64,000 nt of DNA from an uncultured Gemmatimonadales bacterium. Lineage in GTDB: Bacteria > Gemmatimonadota > Gemmatimonadetes > Longimicrobiales > Gaopeijiaceae. Numbering within the stretch: the stretch's first letter is position 1; every line of letters starts with the position of its first letter. The notes beneath the pieces were generated by a model. It made no database searches. It was not told the DNA's origin and saw nothing but the letters and a program-made list of their open reading frames with translations. The stretch covers positions 2,112,001-2,176,000 of the forward strand of contig CAWELD010000003.1 in assembly GCA_963809895.1 (NCBI GenBank), written 5' to 3'. Shown one piece after another: positions 47,219 through 59,518 of the stretch. A program made the position numbers and the translations under genes.

Positions 47219-47754
47219 CGGTCCAACGCCTCCTGCACCAGGCTCCGGGCCCGGTGGATCTGTGCCTTCACCGTCCCCAGCGCCACGCCGGTGAGATCCG
47301 CGATCTCGCGGTAGCGATACCCCTGCACGTCGCGCAGCACGAGCATGGTGCGCGCCCCCTGCGGCAATCCCGCAATGGCGCGCTCCAGGTCGACGCGCGT
47401 GCCCGGCATGGCCCGGACCGCTTCGTGTCCGTATCGCTCGAGGTCCGGTGCCGTGTGCTCGCGGTTGCGGCGGCGGCCGGCGCTGCGGCGGGCCTGGAGC
47501 ACGACGTTCACGGCGAGCCGGTGAAGCCAGGTGGAGAAGCGGCTGTCCCCGCGGAACTGGGCCAGATTCTGCCACGCCTTGACGAAGACATCCTGCGTGC
47601 GCTCCTCGGCCTCGCGCGGATCCGAGGTCATGCGCAGGCAGAGGGCGTAGATGCGGTCCACGTGCGCACGATACACCTCCTCGTAGGCGCGGTCGTCTCC
47701 CGCCCGGGCCCGCTCGAGAGCGGCGTCCACGGGGTCCACGGGTGACGCGTTCAT
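47215..47754 (-). CDS. ECF RNA polymerase sigma factor
   Basis: TQDVFVKAW, FSTWLHRLAVN, YREIA and GTVKAQIHRAR motifs; alternative start at 47784. Confidence 0.93.
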   Translation of the reverse strand: MNASPVDPVDAALERARAGDDRAYEEVYRAHVDRIYALCLRMTSDPREAEERTQDVFVKAWQNLAQFRGDSRFSTWLHRLAVNVVLQARRSAGRRRNREHTAPDLERYGHEAVRAMPGTRVDLERAIAGLPQGARTMLVLRDVQGYRYREIADLTGVALGTVKAQIHRARSLVQEALDR

Positions 47755-47818
47755 GGCTGGGGAAGGCTCTGCAAGGGCTCCCATCGGCTCACTCTGAGGG
47801 CGTCCGGACTTCGACCCC

Positions 47819-47848
47819 TTGGATGCCGGGAGCCCACAGGAGGTTTGA
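47819..47848 (-). promoter_or_regulatory. Putative ECF autoregulatory promoter
   Basis: TCAAACC-N15-GCATCCAA upstream of the ECF sigma; 'AAC' -35 and 'ATC' -10 resemble ECF promoters. Confidence 0.4.
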
Positions 47849-47877
47849 ACCGAGCCGGGGCCGGCGGCGAGCCGTGC

Positions 47878-48321
47878 CTATGGCCGGTCTTCGCGGCGAT
47901 GAACGAAGCGCAGCCCCGACCAGTCCTCGTCGACGGCGCAGACCTTGTTGTCCACCAGGCCCGCGGCCAGTCCGTGGCTGCGAACCACGCCTCCGTCGAG
48001 ATCCTTCCAGAGAGACGACGACTTCTTGGGCCAGCAGATCCAGAGACCTCCGGTCCAGGCGAGCAGCCTCTGTGCGTGGTCGAAGTGCGGGGCCAGACAG
48101 GCGGTCTCGGGCACCGCGCACAGCACGACGTCGAAGGCGTCGTCCGTGCCCCGGAGCGGAGACCCGGGCTCCGCCGGATCCGCCACCACGGTGACGCCGG
48201 TGGGCAAAGGCGCGACGAGCTCGGCGAGGGAGCCCGGATCGAAGAGCACGGCGAGGCGGTGTCCCTCGCGGATCCCCAGCTTCTTCGGTAAGGGAGTTCC
48301 CGAATACCCGTGTGTCGTCAT
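47878..48321 (-). CDS. DUF3052 family protein
   Basis: GYSGTPLPKKLGI, LWICWPKK, GLVDNKVCAVDEDWSGLRF motifs. Confidence 0.85.
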   Translation of the reverse strand: MTTHGYSGTPLPKKLGIREGHRLAVLFDPGSLAELVAPLPTGVTVVADPAEPGSPLRGTDDAFDVVLCAVPETACLAPHFDHAQRLLAWTGGLWICWPKKSSSLWKDLDGGVVRSHGLAAGLVDNKVCAVDEDWSGLRFVHRREDRP

Positions 48322-48404
48322 CCCGTACCTCGCGTGTGAGCGTCCCCTGTGGGCTGCTAGCTTATCGTCTCCCTTCCCGCATCGTCACCTCCAGCCGGAC
48401 TCCC

Positions 48405-49155
48405 ATGGACTGGATCGCCCGACCCGACGCCTGGATCGCCCTGGCCACGCTCACCGTGCTCGAGCTGGTGCTGGGGATCGACAACATCGTCTTCATCTCC
48501 ATCCTCTCGGAGAAGGCCCGCACGGATCGGCGTGCCGTGGCGCGCAACGTGGGACTGGCCATGGCCATGCTCACGCGGGTAGCGCTGCTGTTCTCCATCG
48601 CCTGGGTGATGGGCCTCACGCGGACGATCCTGGAGGTGGGCGGGCGTGAGCTCTCGTGGCGCGACCTGATCCTCATCTTCGGCGGCGTCTTCCTGCTGAC
48701 CAAGTCGACCCGTGAGATCCACGGCAGGCTCGAGGGCGAGGTGCACGGAGACCAGGTGGGAGCCGGTGCGGGCCTGGCGGGGGTGATCCTCCAGATCGCG
48801 CTTCTGGACATGATCTTCTCGCTGGACTCGGTAATCACCGCCGTAGGCATGGCCGACGACCTGGGCGTCATGGTGACCGCGGTAGTGGTGGCCACCGGAT
48901 TCATGATGCTGGCGGCGGGACCGGTGAGCCGCTTCGTCATCGGACCATCCCACGGTGAGGATGCTGGCACTCAGCTTTCTCTTGCTCATCGGAATGACGC
49001 TGGTCGCCGAGGGTCTCGGGCAACACATCAGCAAGGGCTACATCTACTTCGCCATGGCTTTCTCGGTCTTCGTGGAGATGCTCAATCTGAGAGCGCATCG
49101 GGTGAGCGGACGGCCGGTCCGCCTGCGCGGCCCCACACTGGTCGAGGAGGAGTAG
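48405..49155 (+). CDS. TerC family membrane protein (one extra base near 48940)
   Basis: LELVLGIDN and [11 protein letters not shown], then [27 protein letters not shown] in another frame; span 751 nt (3n+1). Confidence 0.88.
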
Positions 49156-49173
49156 CACCGCCCCCCATGACAC

Positions 49174-49207
49174 GAAACGGGCGCCGCCCCCGGAGGAGCG
49201 GCGCCCG
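49174..49207 (-). terminator. Intrinsic terminator between convergent terC and the copper-protein gene
   Basis: CGGGCGCCGC/GCGGCGCCCG stem followed by TTTC on the minus strand. Confidence 0.55.
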
Positions 49208-49230
49208 CGGCGTCCGATACGGGTCAGGGA

Positions 49231-49821
49231 TCACATGGCGCCGGTGACGCCAGCCTCCCCGTCGGCGGACACGTTGAAGTGCAGCCACATCCCGCTCACG
49301 GCGTGCCCCGGAATGAAGCAGACCATGGCGTACTGACCGGCAGTCGCAGCGGTGAAGGTCACCGTCTCGTCCTCACCGGGCAGCGTGGCATCGGTCATCG
49401 ACGTGGGATCCGCCGTGATGGCACCATCGAAGACCGGGGTCGGCTCGATGCTGGCGGGCGGCGTGCTGAACCCGTTCACGATCCCCAGCGAGTGCGCCAT
49501 GTTGGGATCGTTGTTGTGGAAATGGATCGTCACGTTGGCGCCCACCGGCACGGTGATGGTGACCTCGCCGTGCTGGTAGCCGTTGAAGTTCCAGTAGTTG
49601 CCCTTGTTGGTCTTCCCGGCGACGATCTCCAGCGTCACGTTCTGGCCGTCGGCCTGGAACCAGTCGGGCTGGGTCATCTCGCCGGACATGGCCTCCTGCT
49701 CGGCCGGCTGTTCGGCGGCGGCGGACTCTTCCATGGCGGGGGCGTTGTCTGCGGACTCGGAACCGCCGCATGCGGCGAGTCCCAGCAGCAGAGCCATGCC
49801 CAGAGGGGCGATGCGCTTCAT
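49231..49821 (-). CDS. Sulfocyanin/rusticyanin-like blue copper lipoprotein
   Basis: LAAC lipobox; WNFNG; type-1 Cu ligands H (MAHS) and C-x4-H-x4-M (CFIPGHAVSGM). Confidence 0.87.
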   Translation of the reverse strand: MKRIAPLGMALLLGLAACGGSESADNAPAMEESAAAEQPAEQEAMSGEMTQPDWFQADGQNVTLEIVAGKTNKGNYWNFNGYQHGEVTITVPVGANVTIHFHNNDPNMAHSLGIVNGFSTPPASIEPTPVFDGAITADPTSMTDATLPGEDETVTFTAATAGQYAMVCFIPGHAVSGMWLHFNVSADGEAGVTGAM

Positions 49822-49978
49822 AATGGTATCCTGTTCGGTGGCGTTGCGGTCTCGACAGGTTGGAAAGCCGTCTGATTTCGACGGAATCCTTACCCGGGCC
49901 TCTCCCGGATGTGCCGTAGCCTGGAAAATCTAAAGGCGGTCGAGGGCGAGGTACAGGCGCCCCCCCGCAGGGGAGCCG

Positions 49979-51157
49979 TCAGGACGAGTAGTACGCCGCG
50001 TTCTCGTCGATGTAGCCTTGTGAGAGATCGCAGCCCCACAGGCGTGCTGCGCCGCTCCCCAGACCCAGGTCCACACTGAGCTCCACCGGGTCATCGAGCA
50101 GGATCTGCCGGACCTCGGCTTCGTCGAAGGCGCGCCGCAAGCCGTCTCCGAATACTTCCACGCCACCGATGCGCGCCACCAGCCGGTCCACGTCCACCGT
50201 GCAGGTCACGCACTTGCCCACGGCCATGAGAATCCGGCCCACGTTGGGATCACCCCCGTGCACCATGGTCTTGATGAGCGGGGAGTTCACCAGCGATCGA
50301 CCGATGAGCCGCGCCTGTTCTCCGTCCACCGCGCCGGCCACACGGACGCGGAGCAGACGCGTGGCGCCCTCGCCGTCCCGCGCCAGCACCTCGGTCATGG
50401 CAGTGCACAGCTCCAGCAGCGCCGACTCGAACCGGGCGGCATCGACGGCACCCGCCGTCCCGCTGGCCAGGATGGCGCAGGTGTCGGACGTGCTCGTGTC
50501 CGAGTCCACCGACAGGCAGTTGAAGGTCTGGTCCACGACGCGGCGGAGCATCTCGTCCAACGCCCGGGCATCCAGCGCCGCGTCGGTGAAGACGTAGGCC
50601 AGCATGGTGGCCATGTCCGGAGCGATCATCCCCGAGCCCTTGGCCACGATGGTCAGCACGACGTCGCCGTCGTCGCCCCGCACGGTCGTGGAGAGGGCCT
50701 TGGGATGGGTGTCGGTGGTCATGATCCCCCGAGCCCCCACCAGCGGATCGTCCTGGAGCCGCGCCGACAATCCCCCGAGCCCCGCCTCGATGCGCTCGAT
50801 GGGAAGGGGCACCCCGATGACACCCGTGGAGCTCATGAGCACCAGCTCCGGGTCCACGCCGAGCTCCTGCGCCGCGGCCCTGCCCATCTGACGCGCCCGT
50901 TCCACGCCTTCCCGACCGGTGCCCACGTTGCTCACCCGGGAGTTCACGACCACCGCCTGCAGGCGGCCGGCGGCCAGGAGCTCTCGTCCCACCACGATGG
51001 GGGCGCCCGGGACCTGGTTTCGGGTGAAGACCGCTGCCGCCTGACACGGCGTGTCGGAGGCGAAAAGGGCGAGATCGTCACCGGTGGCTTTGATGCCACA
51101 ATGCGTGGCGGCACACCGGAAGCCGGGAGGAAAGCGGGGCGTCTCGTGGAGGGGCAT
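49979..51157 (-). CDS. argJ: Bifunctional glutamate N-acetyltransferase/amino-acid acetyltransferase ArgJ
   Basis: STGVIG, IMTTDT, KGSGMIAPDMATML, DSDTSTSD and RDGEGAT motifs. Confidence 0.93.
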   Translation of the reverse strand: MPLHETPRFPPGFRCAATHCGIKATGDDLALFASDTPCQAAAVFTRNQVPGAPIVVGRELLAAGRLQAVVVNSRVSNVGTGREGVERARQMGRAAAQELGVDPELVLMSSTGVIGVPLPIERIEAGLGGLSARLQDDPLVGARGIMTTDTHPKALSTTVRGDDGDVVLTIVAKGSGMIAPDMATMLAYVFTDAALDARALDEMLRRVVDQTFNCLSVDSDTSTSDTCAILASGTAGAVDAARFESALLELCTAMTEVLARDGEGATRLLRVRVAGAVDGEQARLIGRSLVNSPLIKTMVHGGDPNVGRILMAVGKCVTCTVDVDRLVARIGGVEVFGDGLRRAFDEAEVRQILLDDPVELSVDLGLGSGAARLWGCDLSQGYIDENAAYYSS

Positions 51158-51234
51158 GGCGCCCAAATATGGATCGAGCCCTGCCGGACGCAATCGGCAG
51201 GGCTCGTCTCATCCACACGAAGCGGGTGACGCGG

Positions 51235-51405
51235 CTACTCGGACGAACTCCCGAGCGCGGCCGAATCGAGGTGGCCCGTGCCCGAATCCAGGGGAAGCGC
51301 TTCACGCGCCATGCGGCGAAGCGTGGAGGCGACCCTGCGGTCACCCTCTCCCTCGGCCCGGGTCGCGGCCCGGAGCAAGAACCGGATCCTGTCTTCCATG
51401 GTCAT
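51235..51405 (-). CDS. Small hypothetical protein (56 aa)
   Basis: Strong GAGGAGGAG RBS; MTMEDRIRFLLRAATRAEGEGDRRVASTLRRMAREA helical hairpin. Confidence 0.6.
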   Translation of the reverse strand: MTMEDRIRFLLRAATRAEGEGDRRVASTLRRMAREALPLDSGTGHLDSAALGSSSE

Positions 51406-51563
51406 GGCTCCTCCTCGTCGTCCCAACCGGCGGAAGTCCCGCCGCCGATCACCCGTTCATGATTATCTACTGCCGGAACGCCCAAACTGTTTCACCACAA
51501 CGTTCGACAGGACTCCCGGGCGATCGAAGGGCGGGATCGGCCATCCGGTGCGGCGACGCTTCC

Positions 51564-51926
51564 TCAGGCTTTGAAGAAGCGCTCCTTCACCACCTTGCCG
51601 TCGCGCCAGTGGCGGACCGCGACCTGATCGAAGGTCTGCTCGCCCCACTCCTCGTGGGTGATGTCGAAGTGCCAGGTGGACATGGTCACGCCGTCGCCCA
51701 CCGCCCAGTCCGTCACCTTCAGGTTCCGGACCTCACTCACGTTGCTGAAGAACTCCTGTTCCCGTCGGCGATTCCGCTCCTTGCCGATGAAGGGCTCGTC
51801 GGAGCCCTCCTGCATCACCACGTCTTCGGCGTAGAAGTCGTCGAACGCCTCCAGGGCGTCACCGTCCATGATCGCTTGATTCAGATCCTTCTCCAGTTCC
51901 GCGAGCGTGCCTGTGGCAGTGCTCAT
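51564..51926 (-). CDS. SnoaL-like/NTF2 family protein
   Basis: FYAEDVVMQE..QVAVRHWRDGKVVKERFF; GGAGA RBS. Confidence 0.88.
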   Translation of the reverse strand: MSTATGTLAELEKDLNQAIMDGDALEAFDDFYAEDVVMQEGSDEPFIGKERNRRREQEFFSNVSEVRNLKVTDWAVGDGVTMSTWHFDITHEEWGEQTFDQVAVRHWRDGKVVKERFFKA

Positions 51927-51989
51927 GGGGTCTCCCGTGTCCTGAGGACGAAGTCGGCCTCACGGCCCGAAATCGTTCATGATGTACTA

Positions 51990-52003
51990 CTTGTCTAGTC
52001 AAG
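51990..52003. promoter_or_regulatory. Putative MarR-type operator
   Basis: CTTG-t-CTAG-t-CAAG palindrome in an AT-rich patch between marR and the SnoaL gene. Confidence 0.45.
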
Positions 52004-52045
52004 CATTGTTCCGACGAAAAGGGCTCTTTGTCGGCACGGGGTCGC

Positions 52046-52546
52046 CTAATTCGCCCCCTGGTCCGCCTCGCGGAATCCCTCGCGCACACGGTCCAGAAGC
52101 CCGATCAGCGCGTCGAGATCGCCGCCGGAAAGGACGTTCTGCATCAGCCGGTCCCCGGCCTCGAACTCCTCGTCGAGGCGGGTGAGCAGCTCGAGCCCCT
52201 CGGAGGTGATGAAGCAGAACACCTGCCTGCGGTCCTCGACGCCACGCCGGCGGCCCACGAGGCTCTTGCGGATGAGACGATCCACGAGGCGGGTGACGCC
52301 GGGATGCCGCTCCACCATGCGCTCGCCGATGTCCAGGGTCGGGAGGCCGTCGGGCCCGGCGCCGCGCAGGATCCGGAGAACGTTGTACTGCTGGAGCGTG
52401 ATCCCGTCCGGCGCCAGACGATGGGCGAAGTAGTGACGAATGTCGTCGGCGGTCTTGAGCAGCGCGACCATGGCCTCCTGGCCGCGGCTGAGAGGGACTC
52501 GCTGACGGATCTCCTCGGCCACGGAACGGGGTCGGCCTGACGCCAT
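52046..52546 (-). CDS. MarR family transcriptional regulator
   Basis: ITLQQYNVLRILRG, VTRLVDRL and DRRQVFCFITSEG motifs. Confidence 0.92.
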   Translation of the reverse strand: MASGRPRSVAEEIRQRVPLSRGQEAMVALLKTADDIRHYFAHRLAPDGITLQQYNVLRILRGAGPDGLPTLDIGERMVERHPGVTRLVDRLIRKSLVGRRRGVEDRRQVFCFITSEGLELLTRLDEEFEAGDRLMQNVLSGGDLDALIGLLDRVREGFREADQGAN

Positions 52547-52764
52547 CGTAGGGCACCTGATGAGGTGGATTGGAAGCTGTGGGGCCGCGAGCAAGCTGCT
52601 CGTCCTCCCCCTGCGAGGCAAGCGAACGGCATACGATGTGCAGGCGCAGGACACGGGCCATTGGCTTGCGGATCGCGCCGCGAAGCCGTGAATTGCCATG
52701 GGGCCCCGTCGTATCGCGCGGCACAGGGATGAGCCCGGGCCCGAAGCCAACCCGGAGAACGCGC

Positions 52765-54891
52765 GTGTCCACCTCGGTTCGCAGCCCCCGCGTCCCCCTT
52801 CAGAAGGTGCTGGGGCTCTTCGACGTCTACGCAGTGGGGGCCGGAGCCACCCTGAGCTCCGGGTTCTTCCTGCTGCCGGGGCTCGCGGCCGCGGCGGCCG
52901 GTGCGGCCCTGCCCCTGGCCTACCTGTTGGCCGCGCTCCTGCTCTTTCCCGGATTCCTCAGCAAGACCGAGCTGGCCACCGCCATGCCCCGGGCCGGGGG
53001 TGTCTACTACTTCATCGATCGGGCCATGGGCCCGCTCATGGGGAGCATCGCAGGCTTCGGCACCTGGATCTCGCTGATGCTCAAGGCCGCCTTCGCCCTG
53101 GTCGGGGTCGGGGCGTATCTGGGTCTGGTCCTGCCCGAGCTCGAGATGGGGCCCGTGGCGGCCGGCTTTGCCGTGCTCTTCGGAGCCATCAACGCGCTGG
53201 GCGCCAAGAAGAGCAGCGCCTTCCAGGCGGGGCTCCTGGTGGCGCTCCTGGTGCTTCTGGCCTGGTTCATCGGCCTCGGACTGACGCAGGTGCGGGCCGA
53301 ACAGTTCGCGCACCTGTTCGCGGCGGGTCCCGCGGGCCTGGTGGAGGCCACCGGCCTGGTGATCGTGAGCTTCATGGGCCTCACCAAGGTGGCCAGCATC
53401 GCCGAAGAAGTGCGCAACCCGGAGCGCAACATCCCGCTGGGGCTCTTCCTGGCCTTCGGCTCGGTGCTCCTCATCTACGTGGTCGGGACCGCCGTCATGG
53501 TGGGCGTCGTGGGCGTGGAGACGCTGGCCCGGAACGGGGGTGACCTGACGCCGGTGGCCACCGTGGCCCGCACCCTAGTGGGCCCCTGGGGTGGGATGCT
53601 CATGGTGGCGGCCGCGGTGCTCGCCTTCTCGTCGGTGGCCAACGCCGGCATCCTGTCGGCGTCACGCTACCCGCTGGCCATGAGCCGGGACAGCCTCCTG
53701 CCCGCACGGCTCGCGCGCATCAGTGGGCGAGGCACGCCGCACCTCTCCATCGCGCTCACCGTGGCAGTGATCCTCGCCCTGGTGCTCGTCCTGGATCCGA
53801 CGAAGATCGCCAAGCTGGCCGGGGCGTTCATGCTGGTGACCTTCGGCCTCAACTGCCTGGCCGTCATCGTCATGCGCGAGAGCCGCATCCCGTCGTACGA
53901 TCCGGGGTTCCGCTCGCCCTTCTATCCGTGGATCCAGATCGTGGGCATCGTCACTCCCGTGTGGATGATCATGGAGATGGGCTGGCTGGCGTCACTGTTC
54001 AGCGGGCTGCTCATCACCTTCGGCGCCATGTGGTACACCTACTACGCCCGGGCCCGCGTGAGCCGCGAAGGAGCCATCTACCACGTCTTCGAGCGGCTGG
54101 GCCGGCAGCGAGACGAGGGGCTGGACCGGGAGCTGCGGGGCATCCTCAAGGAGAAGGGGCTACGTTCGGCGGATCCCTTCGACGAGGTGATCGCCGACGC
54201 CCTGGTCATCGACCTGTCCGAGCGCGCTCGCTTCACCGAGGTGCTGCGGCGGGCATCGGTAGGGCTCGGAGCCCGTCTGGGTCTCGATGCAGAGACGCTG
54301 GAGGAGGGATTCCTGAAAGGCACGGCGGTGGGCATGACGCCGGTCTCGCACGGCGCCGCCCTGCCGCATGTGCGCATACCAGGGCTGGCGGAGCCGGCGC
54401 TGGCGCTGATCCGCGGCGCGGAGGGCATCGACCTGGACGTGGCCATGGACGGCCTGGGGCGGTCAGGCACGGAGCCGGTGCACGCCGTCTTCTGCCTGGT
54501 GAGCTCCGAGGAGCAGCCGGGGCGCCATCTGCGCATCCTGGCCCAGATCGCCGGACGCGTGGACGACGACGACTTCATGGACGCCTGGCTGGCCGCCACC
54601 CATCCCCAGGAGCTCAAGGAGGTGGTGCTCCGGGACGAGCGCATGCTGGCGCTCCGGCTCCTGCGGGGGACTCCTTCGTCGGGGCTCATCGGCCACGCCA
54701 TGAGCGAGCTGGCCATGCCCGAAGGCACGCTGGTGGCGCTCATCCGGCGCTCGGGCGACTTCGTGGTGCCCCGGGGCGGCACGATCCTGTGCGAGGAGGA
54801 CCGCCTGACCATCATCGGCCATCCCGACGGCGTGCAGGCGCTGCGCGTCCGCTTCGGAGTGGCCGCGGGCGGGGGGCCGGGCTCGGACTGA
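52765..54891 (+). CDS. APC family amino acid permease fused to PTS EIIA-like and TrkA-C (RCK-C) domains
   Basis: GATLSSGFF, PRAGGVYYF, AEEVRNPERN; then GAALPHVR and HLRILAQIA (EIIA); then LIRRSG..VPRGGTILCEEDRLTIIG (RCK-C). Confidence 0.88.
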   Translation: MSTSVRSPRVPLQKVLGLFDVYAVGAGATLSSGFFLLPGLAAAAAGAALPLAYLLAALLLFPGFLSKTELATAMPRAGGVYYFIDRAMGPLMGSIAGFGTWISLMLKAAFALVGVGAYLGLVLPELEMGPVAAGFAVLFGAINALGAKKSSAFQAGLLVALLVLLAWFIGLGLTQVRAEQFAHLFAAGPAGLVEATGLVIVSFMGLTKVASIAEEVRNPERNIPLGLFLAFGSVLLIYVVGTAVMVGVVGVETLARNGGDLTPVATVARTLVGPWGGMLMVAAAVLAFSSVANAGILSASRYPLAMSRDSLLPARLARISGRGTPHLSIALTVAVILALVLVLDPTKIAKLAGAFMLVTFGLNCLAVIVMRESRIPSYDPGFRSPFYPWIQIVGIVTPVWMIMEMGWLASLFSGLLITFGAMWYTYYARARVSREGAIYHVFERLGRQRDEGLDRELRGILKEKGLRSADPFDEVIADALVIDLSERARFTEVLRRASVGLGARLGLDAETLEEGFLKGTAVGMTPVSHGAALPHVRIPGLAEPALALIRGAEGIDLDVAMDGLGRSGTEPVHAVFCLVSSEEQPGRHLRILAQIAGRVDDDDFMDAWLAATHPQELKEVVLRDERMLALRLLRGTPSSGLIGHAMSELAMPEGTLVALIRRSGDFVVPRGGTILCEEDRLTIIGHPDGVQALRVRFGVAAGGGPGSD

Positions 54892-54895
54892 AGCC

Positions 54896-56664
<1,769 letters not shown>

Positions 56665-56711
56665 TGAGCCGTTTAATCTCGGGGATCGAGGCGACGGGTC
56701 AAGCCCGTACG

Positions 56712-56747
56712 TGAAGAGCGGCGCCCGCCGTGAGGGGCGGGCGCCGC
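56712..56747 (-). terminator. Intrinsic terminator of rnpB
   Basis: GCGGCGCCCGCC/GGCGGGCGCCGC 12-bp stem followed by TCTTC. Confidence 0.65.
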
Positions 56748-56748
56748 G

Positions 56749-57131
<383 letters not shown>

Positions 57132-57168
57132 CTGAAGAATACGGCGGGAGGGCGGGCGAGTTCCACGC

Positions 57169-57354
57169 CTACCCGTACAACGACCTCCCCTTCCACTCCC
57201 ACCAGACGAACGTGATGAGCCCTCCGATCAGGACCGCCTTCCAGATGCCGCCCCATCCCGGGACGAGGCCGGCTGCCAGACCCAGCACGAGTGACACGAT
57301 CACGGTGTACAGCAACCGCACCGGCCATGAGAATCGCTTCGCTGTGGTGGTCAT
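57169..57354 (-). CDS. Small two-transmembrane hypothetical protein (61 aa)
   Basis: GAGGGGA RBS; two hydrophobic helices; Trp-rich C-terminus. Confidence 0.6.
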   Translation of the reverse strand: MTTTAKRFSWPVRLLYTVIVSLVLGLAAGLVPGWGGIWKAVLIGGLITFVWWEWKGRSLYG

Positions 57355-57498
57355 CTCCCCTCACTCGACGAGGATGCCGGAGGTCTGCGAATCTACCATG
57401 CATTGGTTACGTCGCGCGACCCCTCGTCCCGTGGGTCCCAACGTGATATATCTGGCATCTGCCGGCGCACTCCGTTGCCGAAAACCCAGGATTCTTCC

Positions 57499-59509
57499 AT
57501 GAACGTCCGCCGTCTCCATGCCTTCGCCCTCACGACGGTGCTGGCCTTCGCGGCCTCGCTGCCCGCAACCGCCTCGGCCCAGGACACCCGCGCCATCCGG
57601 CGCACCATCCCCATGACGGACATGATCCAGCGGGCCTTCGCAGCGGGCACGCGGGACTCCACGGGCGCGCCCGGGTCGCGCCTACTGGCAGACCCGAGTG
57701 GACTACTCCATCGACGCCGCGCCTCGACCCGTCCACGTCGGTCCTCAGCGGTACGGAGACGGTCACGGTCCACAACGGGAGCGATCAGGAGATGACGTCC
57801 ATCGTCCTGCGCCTGGACCAGAACATCTTCCGAGCCGAGTCGCCCCGTGCAGCGCCCTCGGCCCCCGCCGAGATCACCGACGGCATGGTCCTGACACGGA
57901 TGAGCGTGGACGGAGAGGCGGTGGACCTGGAGCCCGAGCCCGGCTCGATCCGCGGCCGCCGAGGCGCGCCGCCCGCCGTGTCCCGCCCCACGCTCGTGGG
58001 GGGCACGCAGACCGTCGGCCACCGTCCTCCTGCCGCAGCCGATCGCGCCTGGGGCGACGGCCACGCTCGAGGTGGCGTGGCACTTCAAGATGGCCGGCGG
58101 CGAAGGCGGGCGTGGACACCGCATGACCGCACGCTGGGCCGACTCGCTCTACCAGGCGACCCAGTGGTTCCCACGGGTGGCGACCTTCGACGACCTGAAC
58201 GGCTGGGACACCGAGCCCTACCTCGGTCCTGCGGAGTTCTACCACGACTTCGGCCGCTTCGACGTGCGTCTGACGGTGCCCGGCGGATGGCTGGTCGGCG
58301 CCACGGGCGTGCTCCAGAATCCCGAAGAGGTGCTCACCGCCGACGGCGCGGGAGCGTCTCAGCCACGTCCTGGAGTCCGACGACGACCCGCACCATCGTG
58401 GCAGAGGACGAGGAGGGGCCCGGCAGGGCAACCGCAGCCGGGCGACCGTCTCACCTGGCATTTCGTGGCGGACACGGTGAACGACTTCGCCTGGGGAACG
58501 GCGAAGCACTTCGTGTGGGAAGCGACGCGCGCCACCATCCCCGGAAAGGGGCCGGTGCCCATCCACATGCTCTACCTGCCCGGACGGGCGCGCCTGTACG
58601 AGAACGCGGCGGCGAACGCCCGCCACGCGCTGGAGTTCTACTCGAGGCTCTACATCCCGTACGCCTTTCCCAAGCTGACGCTGCTGGACGGCCCCGACAG
58701 CGGGATGGAGTACCCCATGGTCATCATGTCCAACCAGGGAGCGGCGGATCACGAGGCCGCGCACTCGTGGTGGCCCATGACGGTGGCGAACGACGAGACC
58801 CGCTACGGGTGGATGGACGAGGGCTTCAACCAGTACATGAACATCCTCTCGGATGCCGATGCGGCGGGCGAGGCGCCGAACCTGGACGGACTCGGCCAGC
58901 GCTACGGGCAGATCAGCGGCAACGAGCTCGAGCCGCCCCTGATGTGGCAGGCCAACTACGCCGGCTCCATGTACTCCTTCCAGACCTACAGCAAGACGCC
59001 GCTCATGCTGTCGATGCTGGGCGGCATCGTGGGCGACAGCGGCGGTGTGGCGAGCGCAGAAGGAGTACGCCGAGGAATGGCGCTTCAAGCACCCCTCGCC
59101 GTGGGATTGGATGTTCTCGATGCAGCGCTCCCTCGGGCGCGACCTCGGGTGGTTCTGGTACTACTGGCTCTTCACCACCGAGTCCGTGGACGGCTCCATC
59201 CAGAACGTGTCGAGCTCCGGCGGGCGCACGACCGTGACGGTCCGCCAGGACGGCGCGATGCCCTCGCCGGTGGTGCTCCGGGTGCGCCTGATGCCGTCGG
59301 GTCCCGAGATCCGTCCACCAGCGAACGCCGTGCGCATCGACGAGCTCACCTACGACGTGACCTTCCCCGTGGACGTCTGGCTCGACGGCGACCGCACGTA
59401 CGACGCGGTGCTCGACTTCGGCGGACGCGCCGCCGAGCAGGTCACCCTCGATCCCCGGGGGCGCTTCCCGGACCGCGATCCGGCGGACAACGTTTGGCCG
59501 AGGGGGTAG
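57499..59509 (+). CDS. M1 family aminopeptidase, secreted (multiple frameshifts)
   Basis: Signal peptide; QWFPR, GMEYP, HEAAHSWW..WMDEG (HExxH-x18-E), YSK and WRFKHP motifs in several frames. Confidence 0.85.
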
Positions 59510-59518
59510 CGCGCGCCC

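Noticed and set aside
52553..52566. CACCTGATGAGGTG contains the hammerhead-like CUGAUGA core
   Set aside because: No matching GAAA core or three-stem arrangement; it is just a short palindrome beside the marR start.
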